A DNA stretch of 64,000 bases from Alphaproteobacteria bacterium (GTDB taxonomy: Bacteria; Pseudomonadota; Alphaproteobacteria; SP197), in NCBI GenBank assembly GCA_965228895.1, contig OZ245842.1:2432001-2496000 (forward strand), given 5' to 3'. The notes under the pieces are model-generated. The model was not told the DNA's origin. It was given only the letters and a program-made list of their open reading frames with translations, and did not search any database. Positions within the stretch are counted from its first letter, which is position 1. Each line of letters starts with the position of its first letter. Of the stretch, positions 20,224-29,621 are shown piece by piece. Both the position numbers and the translations under genes were made by a program.

Positions 20224-21900
20224 GTGGCAGGCAAGGACCCGTCAAACCGCTTTGAAATAGATCTGGACAAGACCGCGGCCAACTATGCGCCGTTGAGCCC
20301 GGTTGACTTTGTCGAGCGATCCGCGCTGGTTCACCCCGATCGTACAGCCTGGATCTACGGCGACCGCCAGGCAAGTTATGCTGAGATGTTGGCGCGCTGC
20401 AGGCGTTTTGCTAGCGCTCTCACCAAGCTGGGCATCGGCCCGGGCGACGCGGTTGCGATTATCGCCCAGAACGGACCGGCCCTGCTGGAGGCGCACTTTG
20501 CCGTGCCGATGGTCGGCGCGGTCCTGAATGCGCTGAACTTCCGGCTGGACGGGCCGTCCATCGCCTTCATGTTGGGTCATGCGGGATCGCGGGTCATTCT
20601 TGTCGACCGCGAGTTCACCGAGACCGTCAAACAGGCGCTGGCCGAGCACAGCGCGCCGATTACCGTCATCGCCATCGATGACCCGGATACCGACAACGAT
20701 CCGTCGTTCGGCGACATGACGTACGAGGCGTTCCTGGAAACCGGGGACCCCGACGCCCGGTTCGACGCGATCAAGGACGAGTGGCAGGCAATCTCGCTGT
20801 GCTACACATCCGGCACGACGGGCGACCCCAAGGGTGTCGTCCTGCACCATCGCGGCGCCTATCTGAACGCCGTCGGCAACGGCATGATGCTCGGTTTCAC
20901 CGGCCAGACGGTGAACCTTTGGACACTGCCGATGTTCCATTGCAACGGCTGGTGCCACGCCTGGGGCGTCACCGCCTATGCCGGCACCCACGTGCTGCTG
21001 CGCAAGGTCGACCCAGCGAAGATCTTCGAGCTTATCGCCGAGCATGACGTGACCCATATGTCTGGCGCGCCGATCGTCTTGAACATGATCCTGAATGCGC
21101 CGAAAGAGGTCAGGCGCGATTTCCCGCAGACGATCACGCTGGCCACCGGCGGCGCGGCGCCGCCCAGTGCCGTCATTTCCGGCATGGGCGATCTGGGTTT
21201 CAAGATCGTCCACCTCTACGGCCTGACCGAGACCTACGGACCGGCCCTGATATCGGCCGAACAGGATGACTGGCACGACAAAACGCCCGACGATCTGAGC
21301 GCCGCCATGGCGCGCCAGGGCCTGCGCCATCCGATGGTGGCCGGCTACATGGTCGCCGACCCCGACACCATGGAGCCAGTGCCCGCCGACGGCGAGACGA
21401 TCGGCGAGATCATGATGCGCGGCAACACGGTGATGCGCGGCTATCTCATGAATCCGACGGCGACCCAGCGGGATCTGGCTGATGGCTGGTTCCACTCCGG
21501 CGACCTGGGTGTCATGCACCCGGACGGCTACATCCAGGTCAAGGATCGATCCAAGGACATCATCATCTCGGGCGGCGAGAACATCAGCTCGCTCGAGGTC
21601 GAGGATACGCTCTACAAACATCCGGCGGTGATGGAAGCCGCGGTCGTCGCGCGTGACGATGCGAAGTGGGGCGAAAGCCCGTGCGCCTTCGTGACCCTGA
21701 AACCCGACGCCGAGACCACCGATCCCGTTGACATCGTTGCCTTCTGCCGCGACCACATGGCGCACTTCAAGGCGCCGAAGACGATCGTTTACGGCCCCCT
21801 GCCGAAAACGGCGACGGGCAAAATCCAAAAGTTTGCGCTGCGTGAGCGCGCCAACAACCTCACCGACGGCGAAGCCGATTTCGACCGAGCCAGTGGCTGA
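20224..21900 (+). CDS. Acyl-CoA synthetase (AMP-binding)
   Basis: YTSGTTGDPKG, YGLTE, GWFHSGD, KDIIISGGEN, PKTATGK. Confidence 0.93.
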   Translation: MAGKDPSNRFEIDLDKTAANYAPLSPVDFVERSALVHPDRTAWIYGDRQASYAEMLARCRRFASALTKLGIGPGDAVAIIAQNGPALLEAHFAVPMVGAVLNALNFRLDGPSIAFMLGHAGSRVILVDREFTETVKQALAEHSAPITVIAIDDPDTDNDPSFGDMTYEAFLETGDPDARFDAIKDEWQAISLCYTSGTTGDPKGVVLHHRGAYLNAVGNGMMLGFTGQTVNLWTLPMFHCNGWCHAWGVTAYAGTHVLLRKVDPAKIFELIAEHDVTHMSGAPIVLNMILNAPKEVRRDFPQTITLATGGAAPPSAVISGMGDLGFKIVHLYGLTETYGPALISAEQDDWHDKTPDDLSAAMARQGLRHPMVAGYMVADPDTMEPVPADGETIGEIMMRGNTVMRGYLMNPTATQRDLADGWFHSGDLGVMHPDGYIQVKDRSKDIIISGGENISSLEVEDTLYKHPAVMEAAVVARDDAKWGESPCAFVTLKPDAETTDPVDIVAFCRDHMAHFKAPKTIVYGPLPKTATGKIQKFALRERANNLTDGEADFDRASG

Positions 21901-21924
21901 GCCCCTCTAACCGGAGTAACTGCG

Positions 21925-22881
21925 ATGTCACGACCCGACCCTGCGGATGTCCGCCAGGTCACTTGTATTGGCGCCGGCGTCATCGGCGCGGGCTGGGCCG
22001 CCCACTTTCTGGCCCACGGTTACGAGGTTACGGTCTATGACCTCAATCCCGAGGCCGAGGGCCAGATGCACCGCATCATCGACGCCGCATGGCCGAGCCT
22101 GGAGAAAATGCGCCTTTCAAGTGGCGCCTCGCGTGATCGCGTGAACTTTACCACGAACTTGAACATATCGGTCGACAATGCTGATTTTGTTCAAGAAAGC
22201 GCGCCTGAGCGCATTGACCTCAAGCAAAAGCTTTACGCCGACCTCGACCGCGCGATGCCCAACGACGTGGTGATCGGATCCAGCACCTCCGGCCTTTTGA
22301 TGTCCGACATCCAGGCGAAGTCGGAGAACCCGTCGCGCATGGTGCTGGGGCACCCTTTCAACCCGCCCTATCTGATGCCGCTCGTCGAGGTGGTTGGCGG
22401 CAAGAAGACCGACCCGGCCGCCGTCGACTGGGCGGTCGACTTTTACCGCCATGCCGGCAAACACCCCCTGAAGATGGACCGCGAGGTGCTCGGCCATATC
22501 GCCGACCGGCTGCAGCAGGCGATGTGGAACGAGATCCTCTACATGGTCGATGCCGACGAGGCGACGCCGGAGCAGATCGATGAATCGATCATCTACGGCT
22601 TTGGCCCACGCATGGCGATCATGGGCTATTGCCTGCTGTTCCACCTGGCCGGCGGCGAAGGCGGCATGCGCCACTTCCTGAAGCACTTCGACCCAAGCGT
22701 CTCGGACGACTGGACCCGCCTGCCCTCACCGCCGATCAGCGATGACCTGATCGAGAAAATGGTTGCCGGCTGTGAACGTCTGCAAGGTGAGCGATCAACG
22801 CCGGAGCTGAACGCGTTACGCGACGCGGCCCTGGTCGGCTTCCTTCAGCACTTCAACAACGTGACCGGCACCGCCAAATAG
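21925..22881 (+). CDS. L-carnitine dehydrogenase-like 3-hydroxyacyl-CoA dehydrogenase family protein
   Basis: GAGVIGAGWA, QESAPER, SSTSG, HPFNPPYLMPLVEV, LAGGEGGMRHF. Confidence 0.82.
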   Translation: MSRPDPADVRQVTCIGAGVIGAGWAAHFLAHGYEVTVYDLNPEAEGQMHRIIDAAWPSLEKMRLSSGASRDRVNFTTNLNISVDNADFVQESAPERIDLKQKLYADLDRAMPNDVVIGSSTSGLLMSDIQAKSENPSRMVLGHPFNPPYLMPLVEVVGGKKTDPAAVDWAVDFYRHAGKHPLKMDREVLGHIADRLQQAMWNEILYMVDADEATPEQIDESIIYGFGPRMAIMGYCLLFHLAGGEGGMRHFLKHFDPSVSDDWTRLPSPPISDDLIEKMVAGCERLQGERSTPELNALRDAALVGFLQHFNNVTGTAK

Positions 22882-22925
22882 AAGGCACATGCCAACACTC
22901 AGATAAGGATTGAGCGGAGAGGACC

Positions 22926-23954
22926 ATGACAGCCAACAGCAACCGCCAACTCGTCTTGAAGGAATACCCGGTCGGCGCGCCCGGCCCCGAGCACTTTGAT
23001 CTCGTCGAGACGCCGATCCCGGAGCCTGGGCCGGGCGAGGTCTTGGTGCGGGCGATCTATCTGACGGTCGACCCCTACATGCGCGGACGCTTGCGCCCCG
23101 GACCGTCCTATGCCGAGCCTCAGAAGATCGGCGAGGTCATGGTCGGTGAGGTCGCCGGTGAAGTCCTTGCCTCCAACGCCGACGGTTTTGCGCCCGGTGA
23201 CTTCGTAGCGGCACATACCGGCTGGCAGACCCACGGCATCACCGATGGCCGTGATCTCCGCAAGCTGGACCCGGGCGCCGCGCCAATATCCACAGCCCTC
23301 GGTGTGCTCGGCATGCCGGGCCTGACCGCCTATTTCGGCACCCTCGACGTGTTGCGCCCGAAGGCCGGCGACACCCTGGTCGTCAACGCCGCATCGGGCG
23401 CGGTCGGCAGTGTGGTCGGCCAGATTGCCAAGATTGGCGGTTGCCGCGTGGTCGGGATCGCCGGTTCCAAGGCCAAGATCGATTTCATCACCGGCGACCT
23501 GGGTTTCGACGCCGGCATCGACCATCGCGCCACCGACAACATGTCGGCCGCGCTGGCGGACGCCTGTCCGGACGGCATCGACTGCTACTTCGATAATGTC
23601 GGCGGTCCGATCTCCGATGCCGCGTTCGAGAACATGGCGCTGGGCGCACGGGTCGCGATCTGCGGCCAGATCGCCCAGTACAACGACACCGAACAGGCCA
23701 TGGGACCGCGCAATCTGCGTCACTTCCTGGTCAAGCGCGCGACCATGCGCGGCCTTCTGGTATTCGACTGGCGCGACCGTTACGACGAAGGCCTGAAGCG
23801 GCTGACCCGCTGGGTGCAGGACGGCAGCATCATATACCGCGAAGACATCGTCGACGGCCTGGAGAACACACCGTCGGCTTTCGCCGGCCTGATGGAAGGC
23901 AAGAACTTCGGCAAACAGCTGGTCAGGATCGGCGACGACCCAACGCGGGCCTGA
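22926..23954 (+). CDS. NADP-dependent oxidoreductase (CurA/PTGR-like MDR)
   Basis: DPYMRGR, GMPGLTAY, AASGAVGS, YFDNVGG, GKNFGK. Confidence 0.92.
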   Translation: MTANSNRQLVLKEYPVGAPGPEHFDLVETPIPEPGPGEVLVRAIYLTVDPYMRGRLRPGPSYAEPQKIGEVMVGEVAGEVLASNADGFAPGDFVAAHTGWQTHGITDGRDLRKLDPGAAPISTALGVLGMPGLTAYFGTLDVLRPKAGDTLVVNAASGAVGSVVGQIAKIGGCRVVGIAGSKAKIDFITGDLGFDAGIDHRATDNMSAALADACPDGIDCYFDNVGGPISDAAFENMALGARVAICGQIAQYNDTEQAMGPRNLRHFLVKRATMRGLLVFDWRDRYDEGLKRLTRWVQDGSIIYREDIVDGLENTPSAFAGLMEGKNFGKQLVRIGDDPTRA

Positions 23955-24078
23955 TCGATCGTGTCTGGTGACAAGGGCTTCATTGCTTGTCCGCCTGGCG
24001 TCTGGGGCATAATCTGTTTCTAAGGGAGTGAACAACAACGAAACCGCTCCGGCATCAACCGGTCGGCGGCACGGGGTA

Positions 24079-24594
24079 ATGACAATCCACAGGGGCCTTT
24101 TGGCGCTGCAACCGCAACTGCTGGCCTATGCAAGAGCCATATGCGGCAACGCGGACGAGGCCGACGATTTGGTCCAGGATGCGATTGTCCGCGCTCTCAC
24201 TGCACCACAACCACCGACACGGTCCGACGATCTAAGACCCTGGATGTTCCGCATTATGCGCAACCTGCACTACGATTGCTGGCGCAAGGCCAAGGTCCGG
24301 ACGGAATATTCCGTGCAGCAGAAACGTTTAGATCAAGAGACGCCGCCGGATTGGAACGACCCGCTGTCAGGCATACTGGTGAGACAGACATTTGAAGCGC
24401 TATCGCGCGATCACCGCGAGGTGTTGTTTTTGGTCGACATCATGGAAATGCGTTACGCCGAGGCTGCCGACGTGCTTGCCGTTGCGGAAGGCACGGTTAT
24501 GAGCCGGCTTAGCCGCGCGCGCAGAGCCATGCTCGACCGGCTTGAAGAAACCAATGTCACGTCCTTGGCACGACACCGGCGGAAAATCCTATGA
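24079..24594 (+). CDS. ECF sigma factor (ECF26-like)
   Basis: ADDLVQD, WMFRIMRN, YAEAADVL...GTVMSRLSRAR. Confidence 0.9.
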   Translation: MTIHRGLLALQPQLLAYARAICGNADEADDLVQDAIVRALTAPQPPTRSDDLRPWMFRIMRNLHYDCWRKAKVRTEYSVQQKRLDQETPPDWNDPLSGILVRQTFEALSRDHREVLFLVDIMEMRYAEAADVLAVAEGTVMSRLSRARRAMLDRLEETNVTSLARHRRKIL

Positions 24595-25364
24595 CGCGCG
24601 ACCAGCAACGTGACTGGGAACTTCTGAACGCCTATTGCGACAGTGAGCTGAACGCCGCCGACCAAGCCGCCTTGGAACGCCGGCTGGAACATGAGCCGGC
24701 GTTGCGTCAAGACTTGAACCGTCTTCACAATCTGAAGCGCGAACTTGCCGGCTTACGCCCGCCCGAGCCCGATGGGATGGCGGTGCAGGCGGCAACCTCT
24801 CGGAAACGACTCAAGGGGGCATTGGCGTCGACCGCCGCCCTCCTGGTGATCGCCGCCTTGACGGTGGCGGTGCTCGTCGCCTGGCCGTCGGCGCAGCGCA
24901 ACTGGCTCCAGACGGCGATGGACATGCACGACACATTGTCGCATCAGACCTATGTGGTTGAGGAAGGGCACGTCACGCAGATCGTCTCGAGTGGCCGTGA
25001 CCTTGCGTTCTCCGCACCGGACCTGACGGCCTCGCGGCTCTACCTGGTCGATGTGGTGACCTCGACAGCGGATGGCGGCGACGCCGTCGCGATGCACTAT
25101 CGCGGCATGCGTGGCTGCCGCTTGACCGTCGTGGCGCTTCCCGAACACCCTGACGGCGAGCAGCCTGACGAGCTTGGCGGGCTGATCCATGCCTGGTCAT
25201 ACAGTGGCTACAATTTCGCCGTTATCGCCGTTGGCATGGACGCGCAGCGCTTCGCGTCGGTTGCCTCTTATGCCGAGGCGGCGGTCATCGACGCCGTACG
25301 CCGGCATCGCGAACTGCAAATCGCCATGACCGAAAGCTACAACGCCGCCCGACCGTGCGCTTGA
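24591..25364 (+). CDS. Membrane-anchored anti-sigma factor
   Basis: LNAYCDSEL N-terminus, single TM, APDL motif; coupled to the ECF sigma gene. Confidence 0.85.
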   Translation: MTRDQQRDWELLNAYCDSELNAADQAALERRLEHEPALRQDLNRLHNLKRELAGLRPPEPDGMAVQAATSRKRLKGALASTAALLVIAALTVAVLVAWPSAQRNWLQTAMDMHDTLSHQTYVVEEGHVTQIVSSGRDLAFSAPDLTASRLYLVDVVTSTADGGDAVAMHYRGMRGCRLTVVALPEHPDGEQPDELGGLIHAWSYSGYNFAVIAVGMDAQRFASVASYAEAAVIDAVRRHRELQIAMTESYNAARPCA

Positions 25365-25452
25365 ACCGCAGTAGCAAACGCATGATCGAAGGCAGTATGC
25401 GCAGCGTCCCGGCATGCTGGCCGGACTTCTTCGACTCACGCGAATGGCAGCA

Positions 25453-25764
25453 TCAGGGCAGCGGGAAGTTGGGCCTGTCCTCGTTATAGTGTTCGGCCAG
25501 ATAGTCGAGGATGATCGAACGGTCGGGCTCTTCGATCGGGGGCATGCCCTGCTCATCGACCATCCACATGAACAGATCGTCCCAGTGCTGTCGGGTCTTC
25601 CCCTGTTGCACGACGATCATCTCTGAGTGACACGGGGTGCAGTAGCCGAAAGTCTCGTCGACGCCTGGCGCATCAAAAAGCAGGCCATAGGGCGATTCGC
25701 TGTCGTCCGCGTAGGACGCCGAAACGGTGAAAACCAGAATGAGCGTGATGGCAAAGCTGCGCAT
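25453..25764 (-). CDS. Small cytochrome c, likely electron acceptor of the sulfite dehydrogenase
   Basis: Signal peptide, CTPCH, WMVDEQGM, ILDYLA; downstream of the sulfite oxidase family gene. Confidence 0.82.
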   Translation of the reverse strand: MRSFAITLILVFTVSASYADDSESPYGLLFDAPGVDETFGYCTPCHSEMIVVQQGKTRQHWDDLFMWMVDEQGMPPIEEPDRSIILDYLAEHYNEDRPNFPLP

Positions 25765-25852
25765 GATCAGGAGGCATACCTAAAGTGACGGAAGAGTCGC
25801 GTGTCCCGCGGACAGCTGATGAACGCTGCCCACGGGACCCGTTGTGGCGATG

Positions 25853-27160
25853 TCAGGGCGCACGCACCGCCACGCGATGCAAGGAGTTATTGAGATAGCC
25901 CTTGGGGTTCCAAGCAATCGCAAACGGCTGCTCGACACCGGCGCTGTCGGTTGCCCGCGCCCAGACCTCGTAGTAGCCCTCTTGCGGCAGTGTGACCGCG
26001 GCACGCCAGTTCTGCCACGCACCGCTGTTGACCGGCGGGTCCAATTCGGTCGGCATCCAGGTCGCGCCGAAGTCGACGGTGATGTCCACCTTGCTGATAG
26101 TGCGGTCGCCCGACCAGGCATGTCCTCGCACCTCGATCTCCCGGCCCGGCAGATCGGTCCCGGTCGCCGGATTGGTAATCAGCGACTTCACCGGCATACG
26201 TTCGATGATGATGAAGTCCTCCTCTGGCACCTCTTGTCCCGGCGCAACCGGATACTTGGGCACACGATAGGACTTCCCGGTCATCTTTGGCCCGTCATGC
26301 ACGATGTCGCGCAGGTAGATGCGGGTCAGCCACTTCTGTGAGCAGGAACCCGGCCAGCCCGGTACGACCAAGCGCAGCGGCGCCCCGTTCAGCGGGTTGA
26401 TCGGACCGTCGTTCATCTGGAAGGCAATCAGGACGTCTTCGGTCATCGCCTTGGCGATCGGGATGCCGCGCGAGATGGGCAGCTTGTCGGGATCGCCTGA
26501 CAGATGCATGTCGGCACCAACATGGGCGGTATAGATGGCGTTATCCTTGACACCGGCAGCATTCAGGACGTCCATCAGGCGCACACCGGTCCAGTTCGAG
26601 CAGCCGACGGCGCCATAGGTCCACTGGTTGCCGCTTGCCGGCGGGTTGAAGAACGCGCGCCCGTTGCCGCCGCATTCCAGATTAAGCGCCATGGTCACGA
26701 CGTCGAATTGCGACCTCAGGTCGGCAATCGACAGCTCCATGGGGTTGTCGACCAGACCGTCGACCGTCAATTTCCACGTCTCGGCATTCATGTCGTCGGG
26801 AACAGTGCCGTTGTTGCGCACGAATAGACGGTTGTTCGGTGTAATCGGGTCATCAAGCAGGTGCGGCGGTGTCTCCGCGTTGATCGGCCGGTCATTCAGC
26901 AGCGTCAAGCCGTCCTTGCCGGTCAGGACATGCGTCTCGGCGAAGGCGACGGGAATGAAACCGGCCGGCATGTTGCGGTGAAACGGGATCGACGCGCCGA
27001 GCATCGCCCCCATGGTGGCAAGCCCCGCGCCCCGCAGAAAACCGCGCCGGTCGCCGTTGGCAATGCGCCCGAAAAAGGCGCGATCAGCCTCCTCAGGATC
27101 CTTCTCGAAAAACTCAAAAAGACCTTCTGAAACGTTGGTGTGTTTGCTCTCGGTTTTCAT
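25853..27160 (-). CDS. sorT: Periplasmic molybdopterin sulfite dehydrogenase (SorT/SorA-like)
   Basis: Tat motif RRGFL; NAETP, FVRN, LECGGNGR (Mo-ligand Cys), GAPLRLVVPGWPG..SQKW, WNPKGY. Confidence 0.85.
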   Translation of the reverse strand: MKTESKHTNVSEGLFEFFEKDPEEADRAFFGRIANGDRRGFLRGAGLATMGAMLGASIPFHRNMPAGFIPVAFAETHVLTGKDGLTLLNDRPINAETPPHLLDDPITPNNRLFVRNNGTVPDDMNAETWKLTVDGLVDNPMELSIADLRSQFDVVTMALNLECGGNGRAFFNPPASGNQWTYGAVGCSNWTGVRLMDVLNAAGVKDNAIYTAHVGADMHLSGDPDKLPISRGIPIAKAMTEDVLIAFQMNDGPINPLNGAPLRLVVPGWPGSCSQKWLTRIYLRDIVHDGPKMTGKSYRVPKYPVAPGQEVPEEDFIIIERMPVKSLITNPATGTDLPGREIEVRGHAWSGDRTISKVDITVDFGATWMPTELDPPVNSGAWQNWRAAVTLPQEGYYEVWARATDSAGVEQPFAIAWNPKGYLNNSLHRVAVRAP

Positions 27161-27197
27161 TGCGTTCTCCCCAGACTACGCATGCGGTCAAAGAAGA

Positions 27198-27223
27198 AAC
27201 GTGTGGGAACGCCAATTCATTCC
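27198..27223 (-). promoter_or_regulatory. ECF-type promoter upstream of the sulfite dehydrogenase
   Basis: Minus strand GGAAT-N17-CGTT, about 40 nt upstream of the ATG. Confidence 0.6.
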
Positions 27224-27294
27224 GTGGCGGGATGAGCCACGGTAACGGCGGCCTGTCTCGCAAGCGCGAGACCCGGCGCTCGGTCAGAACCGCA

Positions 27295-28221
27295 TCATGA
27301 TGTCCAATCGGCAAGCGACGCCTGGGCAGCCTCAAGGATCCAGGCGCGGAACGCCGCAATGGCCGGCTCGTCGGCGCGGTCGGGGCGGTAGACCAGGTAC
27401 ATTTGGGTGTCCGCCGGCAGCGAAAGCTCGAAGGGGCGCACAAGCGCGCCGGAGCGCAGGTCATCGCCGACCAAAGATAAGGTCGCCAAGACCACGCCCT
27501 GGCCCTCGAGCGTCGCGCGAATGGCATGGCTATGCGCCGTAAAACGCACACCGCGAGCCGCGTCGATATCATCGACGCCGGCCGCAGCCAGCCACGTTGG
27601 CCAGTTCGGCCAATGGCTGTGCTCAATAGGCCAGTCCAGGTGCAACAGCGTATGATGGGCAAGGTCAGCCGGGTCGCGCAAGCCGTGCTCGCCCTGCAGC
27701 AGGTTTGGATGACAAACCGGGAAGACCGGCTCCTCGCCGAACAGCTTGTCGGCAATCAGGCCTGGATAGTTGCCGCCGCCCCAGCGAATGCCGACATCGA
27801 CGCCACCGCGTTCAAAGTCCGCCAGGCTGTCGGAGGCATCGATCAGCACGTCGAGGTCGGGGCATTGGGCACGGAAGTCGGCCAGACGCGGCACCAGCCA
27901 ACTGCCCGCGAAGGTGGTCTCCGATGTCACCCGCAACAGCGGGCTGGCGCGGCTTTCGCGAATTCGCCGGACCCCGTCGGTCACCAGATCAAAGCCACGC
28001 CGCAACTCGTCAAGCCCGGCGCGCGCCTCGGCAGTCAGCGATAGCCGCCGGTTTTCGCGATCAAACAGGCGTAGCCCAAGATCGTCCTCGAGTACCTTGA
28101 TCTGATGGCTTACCGCGGCCGGTGTCACATGCAGCTCTTCGGCGGCGCGGGTCAGGCTCAGATGGCGCGCCGCCGCCTCGAAGGCGCGGAGGGCGCCGAG
28201 CGATGGAAGGCGATCGGCCAT
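27295..28221 (-). CDS. LysR family regulator (GcvA-like)
   Basis: RLPSLGALRAFEAAARHLSLTRAAEELHVTPAAVSHQIK. Confidence 0.93.
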   Translation of the reverse strand: MADRLPSLGALRAFEAAARHLSLTRAAEELHVTPAAVSHQIKVLEDDLGLRLFDRENRRLSLTAEARAGLDELRRGFDLVTDGVRRIRESRASPLLRVTSETTFAGSWLVPRLADFRAQCPDLDVLIDASDSLADFERGGVDVGIRWGGGNYPGLIADKLFGEEPVFPVCHPNLLQGEHGLRDPADLAHHTLLHLDWPIEHSHWPNWPTWLAAAGVDDIDAARGVRFTAHSHAIRATLEGQGVVLATLSLVGDDLRSGALVRPFELSLPADTQMYLVYRPDRADEPAIAAFRAWILEAAQASLADWTS

Positions 28222-28355
28222 TTTTAGTTTTCCTTAAAACACATCCCTAGATATCTCGTTTGCAGCGCAGCGATTTCAAGACCAGGTTGATAACCAGTCA
28301 AACACGCACCGGCCCTGCGGCGAGCCCGCGTCCGGTTCCGGCAAGAAGGAAGCAA

Positions 28356-28526
28356 ATGATGTTCAAGAACCTGCGCTCTCTCTACCGCCGCGATTCCAGC
28401 GTCCGTGAACTGCGCCAGCTCGACCGCACGATGCAAAGCGATATCGGGCTCCGTCCGGCCAGCGATTCCGCGGTCGCGGAAGCCGATGCCATCTTGCTGC
28501 TGCACCGCGGTCCGTTCCTGCGCTAG
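28356..28526 (+). CDS. DUF1127 family small protein
   Basis: RELRQLDRTMQSDIGL motif; AAGGA RBS; divergent from a GcvA-like LysR gene as is typical. Confidence 0.72.
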   Translation: MMFKNLRSLYRRDSSVRELRQLDRTMQSDIGLRPASDSAVAEADAILLLHRGPFLR

Positions 28527-28553
28527 ACACCGCATACACCCGAGTTACCCGCT

Positions 28554-29621
28554 GTGATACGTGAGTCTGCTGCCCGGATGCCCTTCGCCGGCAGGCTTGC
28601 GGGTGTTCGGTTCGACCGGGTCTGGCTGGCGACGTTGGTGGTGCTAACCGGCGTCTTCAGCGTCTCACCCCCGCAAGGCCTGGCATCCCTCGAGTTTCTA
28701 CTTGAGAGCTGGCTGCTGGTCGCGCCGTTTGTCATTGTCTCGTCCTTGCTGTCGGCCAGCGTCGCGGCGACCGGCCTTGACCGGCGCCTGAGTGCCGTCC
28801 TCAAACGCAATGTGATCAAGGCGACCCTGCTGGCGGCGGTTTTCGGTGCGCTGTCGCCGTTCTGCTCGGTCAGCGTGATCCCGATCGCCGCCGCGTTGCT
28901 CGCGGCCGGCGTGCCGCTAGCGCCGGTCATGGCGTTCTGGGTCGGCTCGCCCCTGATTGACCCGGAAATGTTCGTCCTGACAGTCGGCGTCATCGATCTG
29001 CCGTTTGCCAGCGCCCGCACGGTGACCGCCGTTCTGTCCGGTCTCTTCGCGGGGTTCGCGACACTTGCCGTGGCGAAACTCTCGTTCATTTCGAAACCGC
29101 TGCGCGATAACGTGCCGTTCGACAAGCTGGGCAGCGTCTATGGCTCGTGCGGCAGCGCCGGCGACGCCGACAAGCCGGTCAATTGGACGTTCTGGCGCGA
29201 TCGACCACGCCTGGTGCAGATGCGCAACCAGGCGTGGTCGATCGCCCGTTTCATGATCAAATGGCTCACCCTTGCCTTCGTCATCGAAAGCGTCTTGATC
29301 GCCTGGGTGCCCGCCGCCGATGTCGCGGCGACCCTGGGCGGCGACGAATGGTGGGTCATTCCGATGAGTGCCGCGGTCGGCATGCCGACCTATCTGAACG
29401 GCTATGCCGCGATCCCGACCATCAATGGCCTGCTCAATCTGGGCATGGAACCCGGCGCCGCACTGGCCTTCATGATCGCGGGCGAGGTGACGAGCCTGCC
29501 GACGGCAATGTCCGTCTTTGTCATCGTCAAGCGTCGCACCTTCTTCTGGTATCTCGCCTTGGGCGCCATGGCGGCCGTGGCCATGGGGTATCTCTACCGC
29601 TTCTCGCTCGTCGTCATGTAA
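28554..29621 (+). CDS. Permease (DUF318/ArsP-like)
   Basis: GALSPFCSVSVIP, MAFWVGSPLIDP, PTYLNGYAAIP, GAALAFMIAG. Confidence 0.85.
   Translation: MIRESAARMPFAGRLAGVRFDRVWLATLVVLTGVFSVSPPQGLASLEFLLESWLLVAPFVIVSSLLSASVAATGLDRRLSAVLKRNVIKATLLAAVFGALSPFCSVSVIPIAAALLAAGVPLAPVMAFWVGSPLIDPEMFVLTVGVIDLPFASARTVTAVLSGLFAGFATLAVAKLSFISKPLRDNVPFDKLGSVYGSCGSAGDADKPVNWTFWRDRPRLVQMRNQAWSIARFMIKWLTLAFVIESVLIAWVPAADVAATLGGDEWWVIPMSAAVGMPTYLNGYAAIPTINGLLNLGMEPGAALAFMIAGEVTSLPTAMSVFVIVKRRTFFWYLALGAMAAVAMGYLYRFSLVVM

Noticed and set aside
20242-21828. Long antisense ORFs (also 8907-10070, 16518-17732, 38639-39703, 50973-52472)
   Set aside because: Shadow frames of well-supported genes, expected in high-GC DNA; no recognisable motifs
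22139-22195. AT-richer patch with TTGAACA...TGTTCAA inverted repeat and GAAC repeats inside the carnitine dehydrogenase-like gene
   Set aside because: GAAC spacing is N8, not the alphaproteobacterial LexA N7; the short intragenic repeat could be chance
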